A stretch of DNA of 62,160 nucleotides, filler included, from Pirum gemmata (Eukaryota): the NCBI GenBank assembly GCA_002812295.1. It is 15 parts of 15 records of this genome, joined end to end, with 100 filler letters (N's around TTAATTAATTAA, not from the genome) between each part and the next. Parts side by side here need not be neighbours in the genome. Positions count along the whole stretch, not along the records: positions 32,887 to 36,177 come from PDIN01002966.1; positions 36,278 to 39,547 come from PDIN01002967.1; positions 39,648 to 42,891 come from PDIN01002968.1; positions 42,992 to 48,448 come from PDIN01002969.1; positions 48,549 to 55,464 come from PDIN01002970.1; 10 more parts are not named here. One strand, 5' to 3'. The position numbers and the translations under genes were made by a program. The notes beneath the pieces were generated by a model. It had not been told where the DNA came from, did no database searches, and worked only from the letters and a program-made list of their open reading frames with translations. Shown piece after piece: positions 36,102-48,579 of the stretch. Position 1 is the stretch's first letter, and the number at the start of each line of letters is the position of its first letter.

Positions 36102-36319
36102 ACATTTTGCCCACAAAAGAACAATAATTATATTTTAAATTATTATATAAAATTCATTATTATTATTATTATTATTANNNNNNNNNNNNNNNNNNNNNNN
36201 NNNNNNNNNNNNNNNNNNNNNTTAATTAATTAANNNNNNNNNNNNNNNNNNNNNNNNNNNNNNNNNNNNNNNNNNNNATTATTGTTATTATTATTAGGAG
36301 CAATAGGAGAAGAAGAGGG

Positions 36320-36408
36320 TGTAGTAGTAGTAGTAGTAGGGGTAGTACTGGCGGCGGTGGCGGTGGCGGTGGTGGTGATGGTGGTGATGGTGGTGATGGT
36401 GGCGGTGA

Positions 36409-36442
<34 letters not shown>

Positions 36443-36570
36443 GGTCGTGGTGGTCGTGGTGGTTGTTGCTGTTGTTGTTACTATCGTTGTTGCTACTGTT
36501 GTTGTTACTATTGTTGTTGTTGCTACTGTTGTTGTTGCTACTGTTGTTGTTGCTACTGTTGTTGTTGTTT
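36320..36570. repeat. (GTG/GTC/GTT)n microsatellite
   Basis: Source of poly-Val ORFs. Confidence 0.9.
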
Positions 36571-38110
36571 TGTTTTGTTTTATTATCAGTAGTATTTCAA
36601 GAACAGATATTAATTAATAGTAGTTATTATGATATTATTATTATTATTCTAATAATATCTGATGGTATTATTGGATATTATCAATATATTGTTTTTTTTT
36701 ATCAACGCTCGCTCAGACTCAGTCAACCACAGCCCATCAACCACAGCTTGTTTTTAATTAGACTAACGGCCCTCTCTTCGGTAGACCTCAGTATGATTCA
36801 AATGAGAGAAGGTAGGTAATGACGTCACTATAGTACAAGTTTTGAAATGGTGAATCCTTCGATCTGAACTAATAAATATTAAATTTTATTTATGATAATA
36901 TTATATTATTATGATAAATAAGTAAAGGACTCACTTTGGATTTGATGACGCAAATCTGATAGCCTAGCTAGCTAGGAGAGTGACGTCACTACTACTTCTC
37001 ATTCGATTCATATTCTTAGCTAATATTCTTGCATCTAATGGTTGATTGGTTTCATTAGTGTTCAGTATACGTTTGTATATCATAACAAGTTGAGAATTTG
37101 AATGGATTTGTGTTGGTGATTATATTCAGACATATAATTGTATTGATTTTTTTGTACTAGCTATGGTTATTGATAAAACAAGTCGATATGTTGTTGCAGC
37201 TATATCTACTAGCATGTTTTAATTAAATTAATTCTACCAGTACTAGTACTTCAATATTCTTAGCAGAACAGCCTCTTTATGTCCGGATTCTCTTTCTGAA
37301 TTAATCGAAAGTTACACCAGCTGTAATATATAGCGTCATCCATCTATACAATGTGCAGTATTACAGACTTTTAACATCTGTAGTAGATATAGTTGTAGTG
37401 TTCATATTATAGGTGGGGACAGTTCTAAATGATGATGCTGATGACGATGATGATGTTTGTAAGCCGTATCAACTTCAACAACGTTATCTCTAGTGTTTCT
37501 TTGCATTAACTTCTTCCTTTAATTAACTAAGTTAGCAATCGTTTCCATTGTTCACCTGGCTGGCATTCTGAGCATTCTGTACTGTTTCATATTTTATTAT
37601 TATTATATAATATAAAAGAAAGGGTCTTCGGGGTCTTTTGTCTCCTTGTCTTAATGTATTATTATTATATATCTTATTACATTATTGTTATTAAAATGAA
37701 AAAGTGCCAGTATTCGCACAATTTTACGCTTTTGTCGCATAAAGTGTCTATATATATTATTATTGTTATTATTATTATTATTAATTATATTATTATTATT
37801 ATTATTAATCTTATTATTATTATTATTGTAAATTTTAATTGCCATTAATTATTATTATTCTCAATATGCACAAATAGACTGGCTAGTACTACGTATACTC
37901 CATTTGTGACTTTAAAATAAATGCCCACATCCACATATAAATATAATTAAATCAAAATTTTGCACGTTTTTTTTTGTTATTGATGATATATAACTTCATA
38001 TATATTATATAAATTTTGCATTCATTCTATTGTATCTCTTATGTCGTATCATAAAAAGGTATTAAATTTTATTTTTTAAAGAGAAAAATGAGGCAACATG
38101 TGGTGTACAA

Positions 38111-39547
38111 CTAAAAACCAAACAAAATTTTTACAATTGTCTTACAATGGGAATTAATTCTAAAATTCACATCAAACACAAGTAATTTTTGAAGACACCC
38201 GATACTCAACCATACCAAACCATTAGCATCATTACTTTCTTCGCAGGAAAGTGTGTTAGACTGATCATTTTTTATCACCATGTTCTGCAATGATCCAATA
38301 TTTTGTTGAACAAAATACATGTAATATGCAGCTTTATATATTTCAAAACGATCACTATGGACAAAATAGGTATCCGCGTCGCAATTTTCTTCGTCGTTAG
38401 ATTTATGCTTCGGTTCTTTATTGCACAAAACATTACAGAAATCACAAAATTGGTTTCCAAAGCAGCAGCTTTTCTTATCATTACTAATGTTGCTATTATT
38501 GTTGCTAATACTAATATTATTACTATTACTATTACTATTACTATTACTATTACTATTACTATTACTATTACTATTACTATTACAATTACAATTACAATCA
38601 CTATTACTATTACTATTACTATTACTATTACTATTACTATTACCACCATTGCCATTATCATTACCATTACCATTACTGTTACTATTACTATTACTACTAC
38701 TACTACTATTACTATTACTATTACTATTACTGTTGTTAACTATTTTAAAATAACGATTATTATTGCTGATTTCATTTTCACTAGGATTGTTATTATTGTT
38801 ATCATTTTCGATATAGCACGTCTTAGGTGTATCATCATCATTGAGAGTTCCAAGGTTCATGTCTATTCCCGTTTCTTCTTTTAATTCTCTAATTGCACAA
38901 TCTAAGTAAGACTCTAAAGATTTTACTGTTCCTTTTGGAAATCCCCACAACCTTCCTCTACTTTGAACAAGTAAAATTTTATTTTCAGTGATATTGAAAG
39001 CAACAACGCCGGCTTTTTTAAAATCACTCTCCTTTTTGCTTTGTTTAGGGATGCATTCCTCTTCTTCTGGCCATTCTTCCACGGCATCTATTTTAGTATC
39101 ATTAATTTCAAATTTACAGGTTCCGCAAAAACATTGGGGAAAGTACATATAAGATTTGGTGAAACACTTACGAATACCATTCTTACTTTGAAAATTATTT
39201 TTATTACTATGTAAATAATCAATATTGGCGTTATTATCAAGTTCATTGCCATTATTATTACTATTGCCATTATTATTATTATTGCCATTATTATTATTAT
39301 TGCCATTATTATTACTATTGCCATTATTATTACTATTGCCATTATTATTATCAATATATTCATTATTAACATCATTGCAATGATCGTTTTCGTAGTGAAC
39401 ATAATCATCACTATACGTAGCATTTTTTTTATTACCAGCATTACTGATAGAATCATTACTAGTACTATCGTTTCCAATACAACTTTCATTGTTATTATCT
39501 TTTTCAATACTGAGGCGGCTATTTTCGTAATTATTATTATTATTATT
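38111..39547 (-). CDS. NUDIX hydrolase with Asn/Ser low-complexity expansions; frame stays open upstream of the annotated Met to the contig end
   Basis: Perfect Nudix box GX5EX7REUXEEXGU (GTVKSLESYLDCAIRELKEETGI, 38864-38932) preceded by KAGVVAF..KILLVQSRGRLWGFPKG; no stop in frame 39148-39547. Confidence 0.9.
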   Translation of the reverse strand, partial: NNNNNNYENSRLSIEKDNNNESCIGNDSTSNDSISNAGNKKNATYSDDYVHYENDHCNDVNNEYIDNNNGNSNNNGNSNNNGNNNNNGNNNNNGNSNNNGNELDNNANIDYLHSNKNNFQSKNGIRKCFTKSYMYFPQCFCGTCKFEINDTKIDAVEEWPEEEECIPKQSKKESDFKKAGVVAFNITENKILLVQSRGRLWGFPKGTVKSLESYLDCAIRELKEETGIDMNLGTLNDDDTPKTCYIENDNNNNNPSENEISNNNRYFKIVNNSNSNSNSNSSSSSNSNSNSNGNGNDNGNGGNSNSNSNSNSNSNSDCNCNCNSNSNSNSNSNSNSNSNSNSNNISISNNNSNISNDKKSCCFGNQFCDFCNVLCNKEPKHKSNDEENCDADTYFVHSDRFEIYKAAYYMYFVQQNIGSLQNMVIKNDQSNTLSCEESNDANGLVWLSIGCLQKLLVFDVNFRINSHCKTIVKILFGF

Positions 39548-40077
39548 NNNNNNNNNNNNNNNNNNNNNNNNNNNNNNNNNNNNNNNNNNNNTTAATTAAT
39601 TAANNNNNNNNNNNNNNNNNNNNNNNNNNNNNNNNNNNNNNNNNNNNAAAAAAAAAAAAAAAATAATATTTTTCCATAAAAAGTACTAATATTTTTTTTT
39701 TTTAATGTTATTAATACTGCTCTGTTATTAGCTGTATACTAATACATATTCCCATATATATAGATATTTATTACTATATATGATAAACTAGATATTAGAT
39801 GAACCGTTAAGGGTTAACTGTTAGACGTTAACCCTAACTAGGCCGTTAACCCCCCTTTTAACCGCCTAGATCGCCGCCTAGATAATTTGTGTTTCTATTT
39901 TTCATTTTTCGATATTGGTGCAAAAGTCATCCAACTTTTGGGTGTCTAGAATTTTCAGTTGACGAACATAAGTAATGTAATAGGCCTAGGTATTTAATAG
40001 GTTTGAAAATATCAAACGTAAAAAAAAAAGGGTACGACTTTTTTAAATTAGTAAAAAAGAAGTATCGTTTATATTAT

Positions 40078-40248
40078 TACAGTTGTCTTCTCAATGTTTA
40101 ATTTTGTACTGTTTAAGTGTATAATTGAACTTGTTTATAAAATACAACATTTAGTATAAAATACAAAATTAATTAAAACATGCCCAATAGTTTAACCATA
40201 ATATTAATTTGGCACGTTTATTTCAGCTTTTGAATTGGACAACACTAT
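40078..40248. mobile_element. Interspersed MITE-like family F5 (tacagttgt/cc.tctcaat...ggacaacacta). Other copies 49378-49549, 52286-52446, 56040-56156 (rev), 27465-27516 (rev), 56641-56765
   Basis: Shared core aaattaattaaaacatg.c..atagtttaacca; imperfect terminal inverted CAGTTGTCC / GGACAAC. Confidence 0.7.
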
Positions 40249-40908
40249 GCATAAGGAAAAAACACGATTTATAAGACGTTTTTACTATTTAGGTTGATAA
40301 TAGACTATGCTGTTGGGTGGTTGTTGGGGGCATTGTGTGGCATTGTTGCCATGTCAAGGGGTAGGTAGGTAGGTGGTATTTGACTGGAAATTAACGTCGA
40401 GGGGGAGGTGGGTAGGGGTATTTGAAGCTGTATTTGACCAGAAATTGGCGTTACGTAGTACTTGAAGGCTATTTGTGAAAATTGTTGCCGATTGGTTAAA
40501 ATAATTATTATGTTTTTTATTCATTATTTTTTTTTAATTGGCTTTTCATTTTTTTTTTCATTTTTTTGGATGGGTTTTAGTAGTGTGTTATATATATATA
40601 GTCTAGAAAGGCAGGACGTTTTTCGAACGTTTGCACCATAATAAATTGAATTTTGAATTTTGAAATTATTATAATGATATAAATATGATTTTAAATTTTA
40701 AGAAAAAAATAATATTTCCATTATTACTGGTAGTTTTCTTTATTAATTAAAATAGTTATTTCGATCCAATTTTTGAATTTACAATCAATAATTAGTAAAA
40801 AAATTCAAATTTGATCAGTTACATTTTAAATTTTATACCTTGGCATTGATCGAAAGTAAAATTACATAACGCTTTAGTTTTCGTAATTATAATAAAAAAG
40901 CAACAGCT

Positions 40909-41505
40909 ATGTCCACACCCAAAACCAGAAATAACAAGATTAAAGAAACGGAATTTTCTTTGGAATTAAAAGAAAATCGAAACATCATTAGCAGCAACAA
41001 CCATACAGTTGTTAATAATAATAATGAAAACCAAACACACTATGACATAAACAAGAATGTAAACAAAAGTAGAATTAGTCTTAATTGTAATTATAACCTT
41101 AATGATAAGGATAACAGTAATGATGGTGAAACTGAAAATTGTGATAACAACAATAATAATAGCAGAGCATCAAATTCTCGTCGATTTACACAGAGCATTA
41201 CTTCCAAAATAAAAAGAATTAGCAAAAATGGACTACAATTAAGAAGAGTAAAAAGTGAGGAGAAACATTATTATGGATATAGGATGAGGTGTAAAGAAGC
41301 TGATAACAACGTTTGTTTTTATGACCATAAAACAAATAAGTGCATTACTTGTCAATGTATGGATCCACTTTATTGTAATCATGTTTATGCTGCTAATGAT
41401 AATATGAATTACTACCAGCATGATAACAAATGTTTGTACTGTCTTTTTACCTATTATGAACTTGCGTTGCAATCGGGAGTGGGTTCAAATTCTTGCTCAT
41501 ATTGA
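40909..41505 (+). CDS. Intronless 198-aa orphan: Asn-rich N-terminus and Cys/His-rich C-terminal domain
   Basis: ATG-started ORF; C-terminus C..CFYDH..CxxCxC..CNH..CxxC. Confidence 0.65.
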   Translation: MSTPKTRNNKIKETEFSLELKENRNIISSNNHTVVNNNNENQTHYDINKNVNKSRISLNCNYNLNDKDNSNDGETENCDNNNNNSRASNSRRFTQSITSKIKRISKNGLQLRRVKSEEKHYYGYRMRCKEADNNVCFYDHKTNKCITCQCMDPLYCNHVYAANDNMNYYQHDNKCLYCLFTYYELALQSGVGSNSCSY

Positions 41506-41684
41506 TAATACTTTCATAAATAAAAAACCCCCAACCAAAATAAGTGAAAAAGTAAAAAATGCCCCGTTTTTGTTAGTAAACATTGCCATAGTACTATGTG
41601 AAAAAACTATAATATTTAATTATGTATAAATTAATAAAATTAAAATTTGAAGAAATTTTTGCTGAAAATAGCAACTATAGTTAC

Positions 41685-41719
<35 letters not shown>

Positions 41720-42553
41720 GATAATAACAATAATAATAATTATAGATAATAACATGTCCTCATGATAATAAAATTTGATTTATGATATCAATAATAGCAA
41801 GGACTTCAAGTCCTTGATAATAGCCACAGTTTTTTGGCGTTCATTTATTACGTGACCTTTCCGGAAGATAATTTTTTGATTGGGTTATTTTAGGTAAAAG
41901 TAAGGGGTTAGAACTTGAATATGGGAGTATAATATTTTTTTTTTTAATAGCCAGGCCGGATAAAACTGTGGGAATCATTTTTTTTAGATTTCTTTCTAAA
42001 AATCTTCAATCCTAACTGACCAAATTATTTTTAAAAACTGACTGTTGGTTCATAATAGAGTTTTTTTAGTTAAATAATTTCTCAACATTTGGTAGTACTT
42101 TTATTAAATTGGGGCATTTTGAGATTTTTTGGATTTTTGAGCTCATATGGTGGATGCGCCATTTTATCCGGCTTGGTAGTTAAAAAAAAAGAATTGCTTT
42201 AGATACCTTGATCCACGTGGTTAAAATTATTTTTAACATCAGATACTATCAGATCCCATTATTAAATTAATTTATTACGTCAAAGTCACGTGACTTGACG
42301 AGAAAAAAAATCTATGAAAAATCAGCACTTTTCATTTTTTTTGTCACTCTGAATATTTATTTGGAGGGTTACAATACTGTTATAATATTTAAATTGACAT
42401 TTTAATTAAATAAATAAATAGATAATGAAATATTATACCAAATTAAATTAATTAAATGGATTTATATTGTATTCATACTGAATATTTATTTGGACTAGCT
42501 AGACTACTGCTTCTACTAACATTACTAACTATCAATGATACTACTACTATTAA

Positions 42554-42591
<38 letters not shown>

Positions 42592-42594
42592 TCA

Positions 42595-42648
<54 letters not shown>

Positions 42649-43085
42649 ACCCAATATTAATATATAATGTTGCTAATAATAATAATACTTTAGAATCGTA
42701 GTGATAGAAAAAGAAAAGGAATGAAAACATCTGTTTTGAGTATTATACTGTTTTTTAATTAATTTTAATCAAGGTAAATTGCACAAACAATTAATAATAT
42801 ATATATTAATATTGTTCCAATGTTGAAAATGAACCAGATTATATATGAAAGCATGATTTTAGGGTTAGGGTTAGGGTTAGGGTTAGGGTTANNNNNNNNN
42901 NNNNNNNNNNNNNNNNNNNNNNNNNNNNNNNNNNNTTAATTAATTAANNNNNNNNNNNNNNNNNNNNNNNNNNNNNNNNNNNNNNNNNNNNCCCCCCCCT
43001 CCACCACCATACCGAAACCTAACATCCCCAGCATTTGTGAACATCAAAACTCGTAACCCCTAGAGCCTGCTCCCTCTTTCTACCT

Positions 43086-43323
43086 GAAGATACGGGAAAA
43101 TATAATCGAATCAAACAGCTCGATCCTAATTATTAAACAATGACGATTTTGAAATGATATTCTTTTTTTTTCGAATTTCAAGTTTATGAAACTTCTAAGA
43201 ATTTTTAAGAATTTTTTTATGAAATCAAAAGTGAATCAATACACTATCAATATTTAAAATTAGATCGAATAATTTCGAAAGTTTCGAACTGGTCTCGATT
43301 CGATGTTTTTTCCCGCATCTCCC
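43086..43323. mobile_element. Single-copy MITE-like element, TIR AGAT(A/G)CGGGAAAA
   Basis: agatacgggaaaa at 43088 and ttttcccgcatct at 43308-43320; TCGA-rich interior. Confidence 0.55.
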
Positions 43324-43400
43324 TATTTACTATATCAATAGTAAATTATGAGCTAACGATTTATTTTTAAATTTCGATTTTTTTCGTTTTTGTTGGACAG

Positions 43401-44016
43401 CTCTACTGATTGCAATGAAAATAGTATAAGGTTAGTTTACTAATATATGTTTATTGGTTGCATGTTTACCTTGCACTTTGATCATACTAGTCCTAACCCT
43501 AACGCTAGAGCTAACCCTAAACCTAGCCCTAATACTAACCTAAACCCAGTCTCAGTAATAACTTCATTACAGCAGTAGAATAACTTTACGATACATATTA
43601 TATATCAATACATTATTTTATTGACTTTGCTGTTTATTAACATGTATACTCATACCTATACAATGACCAATATATATATTAATATTACTATACTTATTAT
43701 GTTATTAACTGCTTTAATACATAAAAACCCTTTGCCGTATAAAAATAGTTATTCCTAACTCTGAACCTTGTCATCATTAGGGACAATAATTTTAACCTTT
43801 GACCTCCTTACAAACCCTAACCCTAACACCACCAAAACTAATCCTAATCCTAACTGTATACGTACCCTAACCGTAACCCTGAAATTTGAACAAAACTTAC
43901 GCGGAATGCAGTAATTTGAATGATAAGAAGGAAGCCCATGTAGTGTGTCTATACGTGTTGCAGGTAAAAAGAATAGTTACCTTAACCCTAACCCTAACCC
44001 CAACCTTAACCCTAAT

Positions 44017-44047
<31 letters not shown>

Positions 44048-46166
44048 AGACCCTGACCCACACCCTACCCTACCCCTAATCCACACCCTGGCCCAACTCC
44101 CACCCCAACCCCAATCATTTATCGACTAACCCTTGTCATCTATTCAATTTCTAGGCTTTGAGCGATTGGACTAATCCTTCACTGTTACTTGATCGAGGAT
44201 TATATTATAATTATCACGAAACAGACCCTAAAAACAGATTAGAAGATTCAACTTTAGAAGAAATTTATAGATTTGCAATTGAGTGTAAAAATAGGTACCC
44301 TCATTTCAAAAAACCTGCATCTCAACTTATAGATCAAATTATAAAGGTGAGATTATTATTAATTAACATTGTTACTACTATTATTGCTGTTTTTTCATAT
44401 TAAAAACTCATATGTTCTAATATGAACTTTAGCAGTATTGCTCTGAATTAAAATACTTATGTACCCTGATCTCAACACTAAAGCCAAACGTAACCTTAAC
44501 CTTAACCTTAACCTTAATCTTAATGTTAGCCCTAATCCTAAACCTAACCCTAACCCTAACCCTAACCCTAACCCTAACCCTAACCCTAACCCTAACCCTA
44601 ACCCTAACCCTAACCCTAACCCTAACCCTAACCCTAANAACCCTAACCCTAACCCTGATGTTCACTCTAATGCTAACGCTAACCCATCCCACGTTTAATC
44701 CAAAACTCTTCCACTAAATCTGTACGTACACATAAATCAAAATTTAACCCTAACCTGAACTTTAAACCTTAACCTTAACCTTAACCTTAACCTTAACCTT
44801 AACCTTAACCTTAACCTTAACCTTAATGCTACCGCTAACCCTAACCTTAAACCTAACGCTGAACATATATTTCTTTGAACCCCTCTAAGTTTGATATTTA
44901 AAATATTTCAAAATAATTATTTATTTCAAGTAATAAAGATAATTTTTAATATTTCTTTTTCCTTATTTTTAATTCTATTTCATCTGTACATTGTTGTTAG
45001 GGAAAATCTTTGATATTAAACCGGCATTCGTTTTGGGTTGAAAACAATAACTTAAACGATGTGTACACTGGTCAACCCACTCGGGAACTTAGACAATTGT
45101 GGTAATACTGTTACGATTGGGTTAGGGTTAGGGTTAAGGTTAAGGCTAAGGTTAACGTTAGGGTTAAAGTAAGGGTTAATATTATGAGCAGGGTTAGGGT
45201 TTGGGTTAGTACACAGTGAATACACATAAGCAAAAAATAGAAACATTATCAACCATAATGTTTATAAGTAAAGTTGAAATTAATTACAAAGAGTATAATA
45301 TAAGATTAAAATACAATTGAGTAATTCTACAATGAAATATCACACCTTTAACCTTAATACTAACATTAAAACCCTTACCCTTACCCTAACCCTAACCCTA
45401 ACCCTAACCCTAACCCTAACCTTAACCTTAACCCTAACCCTAACCCTAACCCTAACCCTAACCCTAACCCTAACCCTAACCCTAACCCTAACCCTAACCC
45501 TAACCCTAACCTAACCCTAACCCTACGTTTATAATTCAGGAATGTTAATGTTATGTTTCAAAACACTAAAGAAGTACATTTACTGGCAGTACCACCTCAA
45601 ACAAAAGTCGGCGAGTTCACTTCTATATTGTGCAACCAGTTTAAGTAAGGAGGGTTAGGTGTAGGTTTAATGTGTGGATTAATCTGTGGGTTATTGTATG
45701 GTTCAGAAATTTCATCTATAACATCGTCATTGTTATCATCATATTTTTTACACTCCCTATATATTATATAAAGTAATTTTCTATATTTAACTAGATGTTT
45801 CTACGTTTAGTTCATTATTGCCAAAACATGTTCTATGATTAGGGTTAGGTTTATGTTTAGGTTACCCTTGTCAAATTATAAAATACAACCTATCAACATA
45901 ACATGATAGATGAAATATAAAACTTACATTTAAAATAGTTATATTTTATTGATTTATTTAGTTCATTTAACATATTTTAAATTTTTATCAATAGGTTAAC
46001 TAACGATCAACACTTCTTGGCGTATTATGGTTTGGGACCAGGTAATATTTTTGTATAACGATAACAACAACAATAACAATAACAGTAACAATAACAATAA
46101 CAATNNNNNNNNNNNNNNNNNNNNNNNNNNNNNNNNNNNNNNNNNNNNNNNNNNNNNNNNNNNNNN

Positions 46167-46197
<31 letters not shown>

Positions 46198-48380
46198 GTT
46201 ATTATTATGGGTACATATTATAAAATTACCAATAACAATTAATACGTGCCTTTAATACCAACTATTTGTATGGAATCAAATAATTATTTATAATTTTATT
46301 GATTTATTTGGTAGCTATACAGTAAATTAGAAGACAAAACGTATAGTGATGTTGGTGAAAATAACAATAATTATAATGGTGATATTCATAATAATTATGA
46401 TGGTGATGGTAATGATGATAATGATAATGATAATGGTATGAAGAAGATGATGATGACTAAGGAATTGTTGATGATAATAATAATCCTAACCCCTAACCCC
46501 TAACCTAAAACCCTACCTCCTTTACCTCAAACCTTAACTCAACCACTAACCCTAACCCTAACCCAATTTTTTAAGGAATATTTTATGTTAACAATAACTG
46601 TCACTGTTGTTTCGAAGAGAAAACCTGTGTTACGGAGATGGAAGCGAAAGATCATCAACTTCGATCTAAAAAAAAAAGGTTTGGGTTGAACCAAATTAAT
46701 TAATTTATTAATACAATACCAATGCAATAACTTGAACCCGAGTCTTTAACCCTAACCCTAACCCTAACCCTAACCCTAACCCTAACCCTAACCCTAACCC
46801 TAACCTTACCCTTACCCTAACCCTAACCCTAATCCTAATCCTAATCCTAATCCTAACCCTAACCCTAACCCTAACCCTAACCCTAACCCTAACCCTAACC
46901 CTAACCCTAACTCTATATAAATATTTTACAATAAAATAAGGATATTAATTATATATATATAGCTTATAATTTAACTCGAACCCTTACATTTAACCCTAAC
47001 CCTAACCCTTAGCCAACCCTAACCCTAACCCTAACCCTAACCCTAACTCTAACTCTATATAATTTATTATTAATAATAACCCTAGCCCTAACCCAACTAT
47101 AACGCCAACTCTCACCCTACCCCTACCCCTAACCCTAATCCTTACTCTAACGTTAACCTTAATCCTACCTTACCCTTATTTTAACGTTAACGTTAAACCT
47201 TACCCTAACCCTTAACTTAATTATAACCCTAACCCTAACCCTAACCCTAACCCAACCCTAACCCTTATATTTTGGTTGCAAGGTACTTTTTGAGGACACT
47301 AACTAGCCTTAACACTGACCGTAACCCTAATTAAAAATATTTGTCCTCTTATCTTATCATCCTTGTCATTATCCTTTTTAACAGTAGTAAGAGCATTTAT
47401 TACAATATACCCTGATCATAACTCTAAACGGTAACACTAACCCTAACCCCAACTCTAACCCTAACNNNNNNNNNNNNNNNNNNNNNNNNNNNNNNNNNNN
47501 NNNNNNNNNNNNNNNNNNNNNNNNNNNNNNNNNNNNNATTATTATTATCAGTATCAATTTTATCAAAATTTTAATTAATTTAATTATTACTGATTGCCCT
47601 TATTATCAAAACGTTGTTTTGTATGATCATTAGCAAATTACAAAGTTAAATATTCTCAAAAGTCTAAGCCAAAGGAAAAAAGTGCGAAGGAAAAAGAAAA
47701 TGGTGAACATGATAATTATAACCCTAACAATAATAAAAATAATAATACCAATGACAACAGTGAGAGAAATAACAACGAAAGTGTTGCTAATGGCTCATTA
47801 ACCCCAAAACAAAGCAAAGGTAATAACAATAGTGGTTCGTTAACTCCAAAACAAAGCAAAGGTAATAACAATAGTGGTTCGCGAACTCCAAAACAAGGCA
47901 AAGGTAATAACAATAGTGGTTCGCTAACTCCAAAGCAAAGTAAAGGTAATGATGAGTCACTAACCCTAACCCTAACCCTAACCCTAACCCTAACCCTAAC
48001 CCTAACCCAAATCCTAACCCTAAACCTTAACCCTGACCCTAACCCTAATACTAATCCTAACTCTAAACCCTAACCCTAACCCTAACCCTAACCCTAACCC
48101 TACCCCTAACCCTAACTTTAACCCTAACTCGAACTCTAACCCTAATCCTAACCCTAACCCTAACCCTAACCCTAACCCTAACCCTAACCCTAATTCTTAC
48201 TTTAACCCTAACCCTAAACCTAACACTGACCCTAACCCTAATTCTGAACCTAACTAAAGGTGATAATAATAACGGCAGTTGTGAAAATAATAACGATTTA
48301 AGTGAGACTAGGATTGATGGTGAAAATAGTAATCAAAGGGAAAGTGGGTTTCTATTTCATATCCAACAAGCAAGTGATGG
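43401..48380 (+). CDS. Multi-exon gene fragment of unknown product, with a probable ubiquitin-like domain and an Asn-rich repeat region. Exons 43401-43430, 43912-43963, 44155-44346, 45001-45101, 45540-45644, 45995-46041, ~46315-46435, ~46618-46678, 47634-47945, 48260-~48380
   Basis: Phases chain across GT-AG introns for the first six exons and for 47634-48380. Reads ...LYVLQALSDWTNPSLLLDRG...QIIKGKSLILNRHSFW...LWNVNVMFQNTKEVHLLAVPPQTKVGEFTSILCNQFK..LTNDQHFLAYYGLGP (Ubl-like). Gaps may hide exons. Confidence 0.7.
47791..47950 (+). repeat. Four coding 42-bp tandem repeats (GSLTPKQSKGNNNS)
   Basis: ggttcg.taactccaaaacaaagcaaaggtaataacaatagt units. Confidence 0.85.
47961..48255. repeat. (CCCTAA)n tract filling intron 47946-48259
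   Basis: AAAG|GTAATG...(CCCTAA)n...CCTAACTAAAG|GTGAT, phase 1 on both sides. Confidence 0.85.
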
Positions 48381-48548
48381 TTACATATTATTATTATTAT
48401 AATTTATAACGATAATAATAACTATAATAATAATAGCAAGAATAATAANNNNNNNNNNNNNNNNNNNNNNNNNNNNNNNNNNNNNNNNNNNNTTAATTAA
48501 TTAANNNNNNNNNNNNNNNNNNNNNNNNNNNNNNNNNNNNNNNNNNNN

Positions 48549-48579
<31 letters not shown>

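Noticed and set aside
37000..37590. Possible minus-strand gene remnant
   Set aside because: Stops in the frames read and no recognisable motif.
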